In this document: positions 1 to 8,431 of the stretch, one piece after another | Numbering within the stretch: the first letter of the stretch is position 1 | Layout of the letters: the number at the start of each line of letters is the position of its first letter | Assembly: GCA_046731935.1 (NCBI GenBank) | Contig: JBKPMA010000256.1 | Location: 1-33,702, forward strand | Direction of reading: 5' to 3' | Origin: Acidobacteriota bacterium | Lineage (GTDB): Bacteria; Acidobacteriota; Vicinamibacteria; Vicinamibacterales; JAENWD01 | DNA: 33,702 nucleotides | Translations under genes and position numbers: made by a program | Notes under the pieces: model-generated | Told to the model about the DNA's origin: nothing | Seen by the model: the letters and a program-made list of their open reading frames with translations, nothing else | Database searches by the model: none

Positions 1-175
1 ACTCGAGGTTTCGCGCGGCGGAAATCGTACGGCTGTATGGCGCGAGCGCCGGAAACGAGTTCACCAAGTCCGCCCACACACTGCCAATCGTCGCCGGCCC
101 ATCCACCGTGCGTTCGAGCTCGCTCGCACCGGCCAGTTCCCGCAGGCGTGCGAACAGCCGCACCGTCACGCGCAC
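1..175 (-). CDS. moaD: Molybdopterin synthase sulfur carrier subunit (MoaD/ThiS family), 3' end truncated by the window edge
   Basis: Not in the ORF track. Manual translation from GTG at 175: MRVTVRLFARLRELAGASELERTVDGPATIGSVWADLVNSFPALAPYSRTISAARNLE..., a typical MoaD N-terminus. Start overlaps the 3' end of moaE. Confidence 0.85.
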   Translation of the reverse strand, partial: MRVTVRLFARLRELAGASELERTVDGPATIGSVWADLVNSFPALAPYSRTISAARNLE

Positions 176-651
176 GTTCGCCGCCACGCCTCGGATTTCG
201 CGGCCTCGTCGTCTGGATCGGCCGTGGCGCCCTCGATCCAGACCTCGCCCTCATCGAAGTACTCGTGCTTCCAGATCGGCGCAATCTGCTTCAGCCGCTC
301 GATCGCATACCGACACGCGACGAACGCATCGGCACGATGTGCCGACGCGACCGCGATCGCCACACTCGCTTCGCCGACGGCGAGGCGTCCGGTTCGATGG
401 TGAACGCCAATCACGAGGTGCGGGTAGCGCTCGGCCAGCTCTGTTTCAATCCGTGCGAATGCCCGTACGGCAAGTGACTCGTACGCTTCGTACTCGAGGT
501 ATTGCACGCGGCGGCCCATGTTCTCCGCGCGCACCAGGCCGACGAACGTGGCGACCGCTCCGACGGGCGTGCTGCTGGCCGACGAGACCGACGCGGCGAG
601 CGCCTGCGGGTCGAGCGCCGCCTGTGTCACCGCCAGCCGGGGCAGGGCCAT
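166..651 (-). CDS. moaE: Molybdopterin synthase catalytic subunit
   Basis: GAVATFVGLVR, LEYEAYE, HRTGRLAVGEASV, SAHRADAF, LKQIAPIWKHE motifs. Start moved to ATG 651 to avoid overlap with thiD; TATACT lies 6 nt upstream. Confidence 0.95.
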   Translation of the reverse strand: MALPRLAVTQAALDPQALAASVSSASSTPVGAVATFVGLVRAENMGRRVQYLEYEAYESLAVRAFARIETELAERYPHLVIGVHHRTGRLAVGEASVAIAVASAHRADAFVACRYAIERLKQIAPIWKHEYFDEGEVWIEGATADPDDEAAKSEAWRRTCA

Positions 652-688
652 CCCCCGAGTATAAATGGAAAGGTCGAAGGGATCGAAG

Positions 689-1495
689 TCATCCCGGCAG
701 CACTTCCTGTTGGCGCTGCATCCAGAAATGATCGAGCGGTCCGTGCCCCTGACCGATCGCAGGACCATGCCGCATCGCGCCGGCGACGTACGCGGTCGCG
801 CCCTCGACGGCATCCGGCAGGGATCGGCCACGCGCCAGTTGAGCAGCGATCGCCGACGCGAACGTACAGCCGGTGCCGTGTGTGTTGCGCGTGTCGAGCC
901 GCGGCGTCGCGAACTCGGTGAACGCGTGTCCGTCGAACAGCAGGTTCACGACGGTCGGCCCCTCGAAGTGACCGCCCTTGATGACGACGGCGACCGCACC
1001 ATGTCCGTGCAGCACCCGCGCTGCCTCGCGCGACTCCTCGAGAGTCGTGACCGATCGACCCGAGAGCACCTCTGCTTCGAGACGGTTCGGCGTCACTACA
1101 GCAGCGAGGGGAACCAGACGGCGCAGGACGCTCTCGACGGCATCCGCCGACAACAAATGATGGCCGCTCTTCGAAACCATCACCGGATCCACGACGATCG
1201 GACGCAGTGTCCAGCGCTGGATCGCGTCCGCGACCGCCGCGACGATGCCGGCAGTCGCGAGCATTCCGGTCTTGACGGCATCCGGACGGATGTCTGACGC
1301 CACCGCGTCAATTTGACGGACGACCTCGTCCGGCGTCAGCGTGAAGACGCCTTCGACGGCGCGCGTATTCTGTGCGGTCACGGCAGTAATGGCACTGGTG
1401 CCGTACACGCCGAGCGCGGCGAACGTCTTCAGATCCGCCTGGATACCCGCGCCCCCGCCGGAGTCGCTCCCCGCAATTGTCAGCGCTGTGGCCAT
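689..1495 (-). CDS. thiD: Hydroxymethylpyrimidine/phosphomethylpyrimidine kinase
   Basis: [28 protein letters not shown], TPNxx[18 protein letters not shown] motifs. Confidence 0.97.
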   Translation of the reverse strand: MATALTIAGSDSGGGAGIQADLKTFAALGVYGTSAITAVTAQNTRAVEGVFTLTPDEVVRQIDAVASDIRPDAVKTGMLATAGIVAAVADAIQRWTLRPIVVDPVMVSKSGHHLLSADAVESVLRRLVPLAAVVTPNRLEAEVLSGRSVTTLEESREAARVLHGHGAVAVVIKGGHFEGPTVVNLLFDGHAFTEFATPRLDTRNTHGTGCTFASAIAAQLARGRSLPDAVEGATAYVAGAMRHGPAIGQGHGPLDHFWMQRQQEVLPG

Positions 1496-1514
1496 GAGCT
1501 AAGATCGCGCCGTC

Positions 1515-2156
1515 ATGCGTGAACGACCTTCTCCTGCCGTTGATTCCCGTTCATTGCCATTCATCAACGTCGCGCTCGGAAGCTCCGACAGTGGCGTCGT
1601 GGGCGCCGCGATTCGCGTGGGCGCCGTGCTCTTCGTCACGGCCCTCACTGCCGCGGCGGCGCAGATCAGCGTGCCGCTCCCGTTCACGCCGGTGCCGTTC
1701 ACGTTCCAGCCAATGGTCGTATTACTCGGCGGCGCACTGCTCGGTCCGCGCCTCGGCGCGGTAAGCCAGGTGATATATCTCGCACTCGGTCTTGCCGGCG
1801 CCCCGGTCTTTGCCGCCTCGCCGGTGCTTCCGCAGGGGCCGGCTCGCCTGCTCGGACCGACCGGCGGCTACCTCATGGCGTACCCATTTGCCGCCTACGT
1901 GACAGGCTGGCTTGCCGAGCGTGGATTCGACCGGCGCTATTTCACCGCGGTCGTCGCGATGGCCGCGGGGCTCGCCGTCGTCTTTTTCTGCGGCGTCCTC
2001 TGGCTCGCTCGGGGCCTTTCCGCGACTGGCGGCGGTTTGTCTGCGGCGCTGAGCGCGGGCCTCTACCCCTTCGTCATCGCGGATGTGATCAAGCTCTGTC
2101 TCGCCGCCTCGATTCTTCCGGCACTCTGGCGCCTAACGGGTCTCGGCCGGCCCTGA
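1515..2156 (+). CDS. bioY: Biotin transporter BioY
   Basis: PVPFTFQ, YLALGLAGAPVFA, GPTGGYL, PFVIADVIK motifs; hydrophobic helices. Confidence 0.93.
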   Translation: MRERPSPAVDSRSLPFINVALGSSDSGVVGAAIRVGAVLFVTALTAAAAQISVPLPFTPVPFTFQPMVVLLGGALLGPRLGAVSQVIYLALGLAGAPVFAASPVLPQGPARLLGPTGGYLMAYPFAAYVTGWLAERGFDRRYFTAVVAMAAGLAVVFFCGVLWLARGLSATGGGLSAALSAGLYPFVIADVIKLCLAASILPALWRLTGLGRP

Positions 2157-2846
2157 CGCACGTCCGAGAATCAGGAAGTACTGAAACGGCAGGAACGTCT
2201 CCTTCCGAATCAGGTGCAAGTCTGCGCGTTCTGCGTCCGCGATCATCGTCGATTCGTCCACACGCTCTTCCTGAGGTGGTCCCGGACCGCCGCCATCTTT
2301 CTTGTATTCCACCAGTCCGATTCGGCCGCCCGGGCGCAACGCCGGGCCGAGATTTTTGAGCACATCCACTCGGTGCCTGAACTCGGACGAGTCGACGATG
2401 AGAATGGCGTCGACGCTGTTCGCCGGCAGCCGGGGATCCAGTTCGTCGCCCTGCAAGGTCCGCACGTTGCTCAATCCATCGCGATCGACACGCCGACGGA
2501 TTGCTTCGATCATTTGCGACTGCACGTCCTGCGCGTAGACGATCCCGTTGGGACCGACGCGGCGGGCGAGCCGCACCGTGAACCAGCCGCCCCCGGCACC
2601 GATGTCAGCGACGGACGATCCGTCCGCAACCCCGAGCGCATCCATCACGGCGTCGGGCATCTGCCACGCGTCGCGATCGGGCCCTTCGAGAACGCCGAGG
2701 TCCTCCGGTGGAAACAGACGGCGATGGCGGGGGCGCTCCTGCGCCGAAAGCGCCGCGGTGACAGCGGTAACGACCACCACGAGCCAGACGAGGCGGATCG
2801 CCGTCCTCAGCGTGGCAGGCGCCAAGTCGTCGAGTCTCGCGTGCAT
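2133..2846 (-). CDS. Class I SAM-dependent methyltransferase with N-terminal signal/TM segment
   Basis: VADIGAGGGWFT motif I, VYAQDV, LRPGGRI. Start uncertain; ATG 2846 follows the aspA stop. 3' end overlaps bioY convergently. Confidence 0.85.
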   Translation of the reverse strand: MHARLDDLAPATLRTAIRLVWLVVVVTAVTAALSAQERPRHRRLFPPEDLGVLEGPDRDAWQMPDAVMDALGVADGSSVADIGAGGGWFTVRLARRVGPNGIVYAQDVQSQMIEAIRRRVDRDGLSNVRTLQGDELDPRLPANSVDAILIVDSSEFRHRVDVLKNLGPALRPGGRIGLVEYKKDGGGPGPPQEERVDESTMIADAERADLHLIRKETFLPFQYFLILGRASGPAETR

Positions 2847-2850
2847 CGCG

Positions 2851-4254
2851 TCATCGCTCCCGGCCGGGCACACCAGGTCTGGTCATCGCTTCGGGTGACA
2901 GTATTCGATCGAGCGTCGCCGCATCGAGGAGGCCGCGTTCCAGAACGATATCGCGAATCGGACGCCCTTGTGCGACTGCGGCCTTGGCGACTTCGGCCGT
3001 GGTCGCATATCCCACGTACGGACTGAGCGCCGTGGCCATTGCCGTGCTGCGATCGAGCAATTCACGGCAACGCTCCGCGTCGGCGTCGAGGCCGTCGACG
3101 GTTTTGGTGCGAAGCACAATCATCGCCTGTCGCAGGATGCCCGATGCGTGCAGGGCGTTCCACGTGATGACGGGCATCATTACGTTCAGTTCGAGCTGTC
3201 CGGCCTCGGCGGCGGCGGCGATTGTCAGATCACAGCCGAGCACCTGGAAGCAGACCTGATTGACCATCTCAGGCACCGAGGGATTGACCTTGCCCGGCAT
3301 GATCGAGGAGCCGGGCTGGACGGCCGGCAGCGCGATCTCGCCGAGGCCTGCGCGCGGTCCCATGCTCAGCAGCCGGAGGTCGCTCGCCACTTTGCTCAGT
3401 TCGACGGCCAGCCTTCTGACCGCACCCGACCACGCCAGCACGTCACCCATGCTCTGGGTCACACGAAACCGGTTGGCGGCAGGCACGACCATCAGGCCCG
3501 TGTATCGCGCGAGATTCTGAATCGCCGCTGACGTGTAGTCGTCGCCCGCGTTCAACCCCGTGCCGACTGCAGTCGCGCCAAGATTCAGTTCCAGCAGCTG
3601 CGCCGACTGGCGCTCCACGTCGTCGGCGCCGCGCGCGAGGCAGGCCGCGTAGCCGCCAAGCTCCTGCCCGAGCGTGATGGGCACGGCATCCTGCAGGTGC
3701 GTGCGTCCGACTTTCAGCACGTGGGCGAACGCTGAGGCCTTGCGGTCGAATGCCGCGGCAAGGTCGCGTGCTGCCGCAACGAGCGCCGGCGTCGTCATGA
3801 GCAGAGCGAGCCGCGTCGCCGTGGGAAACACGTCGTTCGTGCTTTGCCCCATGTTGACGTGGTCGTTGGGGTGCACGCGCGTATACGCGCCGCGCGGCTC
3901 GCCAAGCAGCTCCGCGGCGCGGTTCGCGACCACTTCATTCACATTCATGTTGTGCGACGTGCCGGCGCCGGCCTGATACACATCCACGATGAACGCGTCG
4001 CGGAACGAGCCGGCCAGGATCTCATCGCATGCGCGGACGATCGCGCCGGCCAGGTCGGCGTCGAGGCGGCCGAGCGTCCGGTTTGCCTCGGCCGCCGCTT
4101 TCTTGATGAGAACGGTGGCGGCGATGAGATCGGGTGAAGCCGTGAATCCGCTGATGGGGAAGTTCTCGGCGGCGCGCAGCGTCTGAATGCCGTAATAGGC
4201 GTCCGCCGGCACCTGCAGTTCGCCGAGCGGATCGCGTTCAGTGCGCCACGTCAC
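2851..4254 (-). CDS. aspA: Aspartate ammonia-lyase (fumarase/aspartase superfamily)
   Basis: GTG start TWRTERDPLG, AYYGIQTLRAAENF, GAGTSHNMN, QSTNDVFPT, GRTHLQDA, GSSIMPGKVNP. The longer ORF start is the shadow of the fumarase gene. FumC is not fully excluded. Confidence 0.85.
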   Translation of the reverse strand: MTWRTERDPLGELQVPADAYYGIQTLRAAENFPISGFTASPDLIAATVLIKKAAAEANRTLGRLDADLAGAIVRACDEILAGSFRDAFIVDVYQAGAGTSHNMNVNEVVANRAAELLGEPRGAYTRVHPNDHVNMGQSTNDVFPTATRLALLMTTPALVAAARDLAAAFDRKASAFAHVLKVGRTHLQDAVPITLGQELGGYAACLARGADDVERQSAQLLELNLGATAVGTGLNAGDDYTSAAIQNLARYTGLMVVPAANRFRVTQSMGDVLAWSGAVRRLAVELSKVASDLRLLSMGPRAGLGEIALPAVQPGSSIMPGKVNPSVPEMVNQVCFQVLGCDLTIAAAAEAGQLELNVMMPVITWNALHASGILRQAMIVLRTKTVDGLDADAERCRELLDRSTAMATALSPYVGYATTAEVAKAAVAQGRPIRDIVLERGLLDAATLDRILSPEAMTRPGVPGRER

Positions 4255-4293
4255 GGATGCCCGTCCAGGACGGCCGTTACGGCCAGAGCCGGA

Positions 4294-4301
4294 ATTATAC
4301 T
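4294..4301. promoter_or_regulatory. Overlapping divergent -10 hexamers (TATACT on +, TATAAT on -)
   Basis: ATTATACT in a 54-bp divergent intergenic region; the + hexamer lies 7 nt before the fumarase ATG. Confidence 0.6.
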
Positions 4302-4308
4302 CTTCACC

Positions 4309-5826
4309 ATGATCCCGTCTTTCTTCGACAGCGTCCTTCAGCTCATCGTCAAAACGTCCACGGATCTCCCGCCCGATGTGCGCGCCGCCATGCGTGGCGC
4401 CATGGTGGCCGAGCCGGAGGAAACGCGGTCCGGCCAGGCGCTCAAGATCATCGCGCAAAATATCGACCAGGCGGCTGAAGGCGAAGGGGCCATCTGCCAG
4501 GACACGGGGATGCCGACCTTCGAGATCAAGACGCCGATCGCCGCCAATCAGGTCTGGATGAAGCAGCAGGTGCGCCTCGCCGTCGCGCAGGCGACCAAAC
4601 AGGGATACCTGCGACCGAACTCGGTGGACTCGATTACCGGGACCAACTCCGGCGACAACCTGGGGCCCGGAACACCAATCGTCCACTTCGAGCAGTGGGA
4701 GCGCGACGACATCGAGATCCGGCTGCTGCTGAAGGGCGGCGGCTGCGAGAACATGAACGCCCAGTACTCGCTGCCCACCACACTCGAGAATCTCGGCCGC
4801 GCCGATCGATCGCTCGAGGGCGTGCGCAAGTGCATTCTCCACGCGGTCTGGCAGGCGCAAGGCAAGGGCTGCAGTCCCGGTGCTGTCGGCGTGTGCGTCG
4901 GCGGCGACCGGACGTCGGGTTACCTCCACGCGAAGGAGCAGCTGTTTCGGACGATCGACGATGTGAACACGGATGGCCGGCTCGCCGAGCTCGAGGCGCG
5001 CATCATGGGCACGGTGAACTCGCTCGGTGTCGGCACGATGGGCTTCGGGGGCAACGTGTCGCTCATCGCGTGCAAGATCGGCGCGCTCAATCGTCTGCCT
5101 GCCAGTTTCTTCGTCTCGGTCGCGTACGACTGCTGGGCTTACCGGCGTCTCGGCGTCGTGCTCGATGGCCGCTCCGGTGCGATCACGAACTGGCTGTATC
5201 GCGATCCGGCGACGCCGGTGCTGCCCATGATCGATCAGGAGGGGTTTGCGCGCACCGGACGCGAAGTGCTGCTCACCACGCCCATCGACGAAGCGGCGGT
5301 CCGGCAGCTGAAAGTCGGCGATGTCGTACTCGTGTCAGGGCGGATGTTTACAGGACGCGACGCCGTTCACGCGCACCTGATGAAACACGAGCCGCCGGTC
5401 GACTTGCGCGGCGCCGCGCTCTATCACTGCGGTCCGGTCGTCCAGAAGGACGGCGAGGGGTGGCGGATCACTGCCGCAGGTCCGACAACGAGCATTCGTG
5501 AAGAGCCGTATCAGGCAGACGTCCTGCGGCGCTACGGAGTGCGGGCGGTGATCGGGAAGGGAGGCATGGGCGCACGCACGTTGGAGGCGCTCAAGGAAAC
5601 GGGCGCGGTCTACCTGAACGCGGTCGGCGGGGCGGCACAGTTCTATGCGCGGACGATCGAAGCGGTCGAGGGTGTATCGCTGCTCGAGTTCGGGACGCCC
5701 GAAGCGATGTGGCACCTGCGTGTGAAGGATTTCCCTGCGATCGTCACGATGGACGCGCACGGAAACAGCCTGCACAAGGATGTCGAAGACGCATCTGCGA
5801 AGGAGCTCGCTGCACTCAAGGGTTGA
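4309..5826 (+). CDS. fumA: Class I (Fe-S) fumarate hydratase, fused alpha/beta
   Basis: ICQDTG, KGGGCEN, GRDAVH, GPTTSIREE, IGKGGMG motifs; Cys ligands present. Confidence 0.92.
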   Translation: MIPSFFDSVLQLIVKTSTDLPPDVRAAMRGAMVAEPEETRSGQALKIIAQNIDQAAEGEGAICQDTGMPTFEIKTPIAANQVWMKQQVRLAVAQATKQGYLRPNSVDSITGTNSGDNLGPGTPIVHFEQWERDDIEIRLLLKGGGCENMNAQYSLPTTLENLGRADRSLEGVRKCILHAVWQAQGKGCSPGAVGVCVGGDRTSGYLHAKEQLFRTIDDVNTDGRLAELEARIMGTVNSLGVGTMGFGGNVSLIACKIGALNRLPASFFVSVAYDCWAYRRLGVVLDGRSGAITNWLYRDPATPVLPMIDQEGFARTGREVLLTTPIDEAAVRQLKVGDVVLVSGRMFTGRDAVHAHLMKHEPPVDLRGAALYHCGPVVQKDGEGWRITAAGPTTSIREEPYQADVLRRYGVRAVIGKGGMGARTLEALKETGAVYLNAVGGAAQFYARTIEAVEGVSLLEFGTPEAMWHLRVKDFPAIVTMDAHGNSLHKDVEDASAKELAALKG

Positions 5827-5941
5827 TGGGCGGACGCTGGCGTCTCCGCTGACAGAACCCGCCCCCACATCGAAGCGTGAGAAAAATGTGGGGACGGGGT
5901 CATTCATCCCGTCGTCCAATGCACCCCGTCCGACAGAATGA

Positions 5942-6808
5942 CTATCGCCGTCTGAACCCGTGGTGCTGCGCGGCGCGATCGAGATCGTTGGCAGCAAAGT
6001 CTTCGACGGCCAGCAACGGAAACGGGGTTGGCCGCCCCACGTCGAGCGTCTTCAAATAGCCTCCGCACGTTCGGCAGAGTTCCAGGCGCCTGCCTGGCCG
6101 ATTCCGATCGGGCACGATCGTCTGAAACGCTTCTCCGGTCTCACCGCAGTACGTGCAGATGCCGGGCGGCACTGGCCACATCGACGCGCAGTAGCTGCAC
6201 CGATTGAGCCGCTCTCCGTAGAAGAACTCCGCGACGACGGGCCAGGCGCCGCAGGCGGGACACGTGCCGCGCTGCCAGGCCGCGATGGCGTCTCTGACGG
6301 CTTCGCCGCTCTCCTCGAGCACCACGCGCTGACGGAGGTGCATGACCGGCGCGCTCGCCACTTCGGCGATCAACCACAGCACCTGCAGGTTGAGTCCATG
6401 CTGCTGGGCGAGTGCCCGCATCGCGTCCACGTCGCGAAGGCATGAGGCGTCGAATGCCAGTGGGCCGGCGCTGCTCGAGAGCGCCGCGCCAATCTTTGAC
6501 GCGGCGTGGCCCGCTCCGTGATCGGCGAGCATCCGGGCGAGATCGTGCATCGCCTCGAACGCCACTCCGGGCGGCGCAGGCGGTCTGTCGATCGCGCGGA
6601 GGCCAGCGGCCAGGTGCTCCAGCACCCGTTCGGTGGTCGGCGGATCGTGCACCGCCGCCGCTCGAACTCCGTCGTCCTCGAGCAAACTGAGCTGGGTGGA
6701 GATGAGTGCCTGGTGCAGCGGCAGTGCGGGTTCGGCTTCCGGACGCTCGACGCGCACCTGCGCCCATCGCGCGGTCGCGAGTTCCCGGAGCGGGATTGCC
6801 GGCATCAT
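5942..6808 (-). CDS. fdhE: Formate dehydrogenase accessory protein FdhE
   Basis: C-terminal CPACG, CSYC, CTYCGE, CRTCGGYLK Cys pairs and terminal LDxxAxxxGF. Confidence 0.88.
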   Translation of the reverse strand: MMPAIPLRELATARWAQVRVERPEAEPALPLHQALISTQLSLLEDDGVRAAAVHDPPTTERVLEHLAAGLRAIDRPPAPPGVAFEAMHDLARMLADHGAGHAASKIGAALSSSAGPLAFDASCLRDVDAMRALAQQHGLNLQVLWLIAEVASAPVMHLRQRVVLEESGEAVRDAIAAWQRGTCPACGAWPVVAEFFYGERLNRCSYCASMWPVPPGICTYCGETGEAFQTIVPDRNRPGRRLELCRTCGGYLKTLDVGRPTPFPLLAVEDFAANDLDRAAQHHGFRRR

Positions 6809-6809
6809 A

Positions 6810-6844
6810 GAAATGCGGAATTTGGAATTCGGAATGCGGAATGA
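6810..6844. repeat. Tandem heptamer repeat (GGAATKY-like x5)
   Basis: GAAATGC GGAATTT GGAATTC GGAATGC GGAATGA. Confidence 0.8.
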
Positions 6845-6905
6845 CTTCTGGACGCGGATCGCATCAGGTACTTCATGCGTTCACGCGGTGTGCGTATAGT
6901 TCAGT

Positions 6906-6918
6906 AAGTGGTTGATTG
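6906..6918 (-). promoter_or_regulatory. IHF consensus site
   Basis: Reverse strand AATCAACCACTTA matches WATCAANNNNTTR in an AT-rich patch of the fdhE/erpA divergent region. Confidence 0.5.
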
Positions 6919-6989
6919 TAGGCAGTTTATTGGCGGCTACCGGCCCGAGGGGCCGCATAGGGGTGACCCGTCCAGCCGCGGTAGCACGG

Positions 6990-7010
6990 TATAATTAAGC
7001 CAGTCAGGAG
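6990..7010 (+). promoter_or_regulatory. -10 element (TATAAT) and RBS (AGGAG) of erpA
   Basis: Perfect TATAAT at 6990-6995, AGGAG at 7006-7010; no clear -35. Confidence 0.65.
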
Positions 7011-7018
7011 CTTAGCAG

Positions 7019-7348
7019 ATGATCAACGTGTCCCAGACGGCGGCGTCGAAGATTACCGAGCTGCTCACCGAGGAGAGCAAAGAAGGCAGTGGCCTGCGCG
7101 TTTTCGTGCAGGGTGGTGGCTGCTCGGGCTTTCAATACGGTCTCATGATCGAAGACAACGGCAGCGACGCCGACCAGGTGTTCGAGTCGAATGGCGTGAA
7201 GCTGTTCGTCGATCCCATCAGCATCCGGTATCTCTCGGGCGCTGAAGTGGACTTCGTGGACACGGTGACCGGCGGCGGTTTCACAATCAAGAATCCGAAT
7301 GCGACGTCGACCTGCGGTTGCGGGTCGTCGTTCAGCACGAGTCATTAG
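7019..7348 (+). CDS. erpA: A-type Fe-S cluster carrier (HesB/IscA/ErpA)
   Basis: LRVFVQGGGCSGFQY and NPNATSTCGCGSSF motifs. Confidence 0.92.
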   Translation: MINVSQTAASKITELLTEESKEGSGLRVFVQGGGCSGFQYGLMIEDNGSDADQVFESNGVKLFVDPISIRYLSGAEVDFVDTVTGGGFTIKNPNATSTCGCGSSFSTSH

Positions 7349-7414
7349 TCCTCCTCAGCACGGGCGCCGGAACGATCGGCGTCCGTCTGGCGGATCTCTG
7401 GCTCGGAGTTCCGG

Positions 7415-8425
7415 ATGGTGACGCAGGGGCAGATGCACACCTCTCTACCAGACATCGAGCAGCTCCGCCCCGCCGGAGGCAAGCGGTCCAGCAAACGCGA
7501 TCTCATCCTCAACGTGTTCCTCCGCCAGGAGGGCCATCTGAGCGCGGACGATCTCGTGGACATCATCCGTCGCGAGGATCAGCGCATCAGCCGTGCGACC
7601 GTTTATCGCACCCTGCAGTGGATGGTCGACGCAGGCATTGCCCGCAAGGTCGACTTCGGCGAGGGACGCTTCCGTTTCGAGCACTCGTACCGGCACCCCC
7701 GTCACTTTCACCTGATCTGCAAGACCTGCAATCAGTCGTCCGAGTTCCTCAGCTCCGACATCGAAAGCCTCATCGAGGAAGTGGCCGCCGCGCGAAATTT
7801 CTCGGCGCGGCAGAGCGTCGTGCAGATCTACGGGGAATGCGAAGCCTGCCGCACGGGCCGCAAGACCGCGACGATTGACGGGAGTGTCACCGAGCTGCTC
7901 TTCGCCCGCGACGCGCTGCGCATCGCGATTGCGACGGAACGAAGCGGGCGCGAGTTCTACGCCCGGGCGGCCTCGATCGCCCGCGATCCGCGCGGGCGCG
8001 CCGTGTTCAAGAAACTGGCGGAAGACGAGGACGGTCATCTGAGCAAGCTCGAGAACCGCTACCGCGAGCTGCTGACGCGCGATCCGCAGCTCGAGTCGCG
8101 GCCGACGTTTCTCTTCTTCAAGGGCGCTGCGAACGGATTGTTCGCGGATGGAGCGGAGCAGCTGCTGGCGGCCGGCGTGAACGATCAGCAGGCGCTGCTC
8201 ATCGGCATCCGCTGCGAGCGCGGATCGCACCGCTTCTTCAAACGGTACGGAGAGCGCTTCGAAGACTCCGAAGGTAAGCAGGTGTTCCTCGAGTTCGCAG
8301 ACGAAGAACGCGACCACCTCGAGCTGCTGATTCGCGAGTACAAAGCGCTGGTCAAACGGCAGGAGTCCCGGCGGCGCACGACTCGGCCGTCCGCTGGCAC
8401 TCGTGGCGCTGCCGCACGGCGCTGA
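7415..8425 (+). CDS. Fur-family regulator fused to a C-terminal ferritin-like (rubrerythrin-type) diiron domain
   Basis: HLSADDL, SRATVYRTL, HFHLICKTC...CEAC (Fur), then AIATE..FY, EDEDGH, IRCE, DEERDH (E..ExxH twice). Start 7415 or 7433. Confidence 0.88.
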   Translation: MVTQGQMHTSLPDIEQLRPAGGKRSSKRDLILNVFLRQEGHLSADDLVDIIRREDQRISRATVYRTLQWMVDAGIARKVDFGEGRFRFEHSYRHPRHFHLICKTCNQSSEFLSSDIESLIEEVAAARNFSARQSVVQIYGECEACRTGRKTATIDGSVTELLFARDALRIAIATERSGREFYARAASIARDPRGRAVFKKLAEDEDGHLSKLENRYRELLTRDPQLESRPTFLFFKGAANGLFADGAEQLLAAGVNDQQALLIGIRCERGSHRFFKRYGERFEDSEGKQVFLEFADEERDHLELLIREYKALVKRQESRRRTTRPSAGTRGAAARR

Positions 8426-8431
8426 CGCGCC

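Noticed and set aside
1496-1514. TPP riboswitch upstream of thiD
   Set aside because: Only 19 bp intergenic and no aptamer core motif
2370-2410. Methyltransferase pseudogene (VDSSEF instead of the usual D-x-Y-H-E)
   Set aside because: Frame intact and SAM motif present; a small in-frame change is not enough evidence
4255-4929. 225-aa N-terminal extension of aspA
   Set aside because: Antisense to fumarase; homology starts at GTG 4254
8345-8425. Encapsulin targeting peptide on the ferritin-like fusion
   Set aside because: Tail is Arg-rich with no L-x-I/V-G-S-L motif; no encapsulin gene in the window
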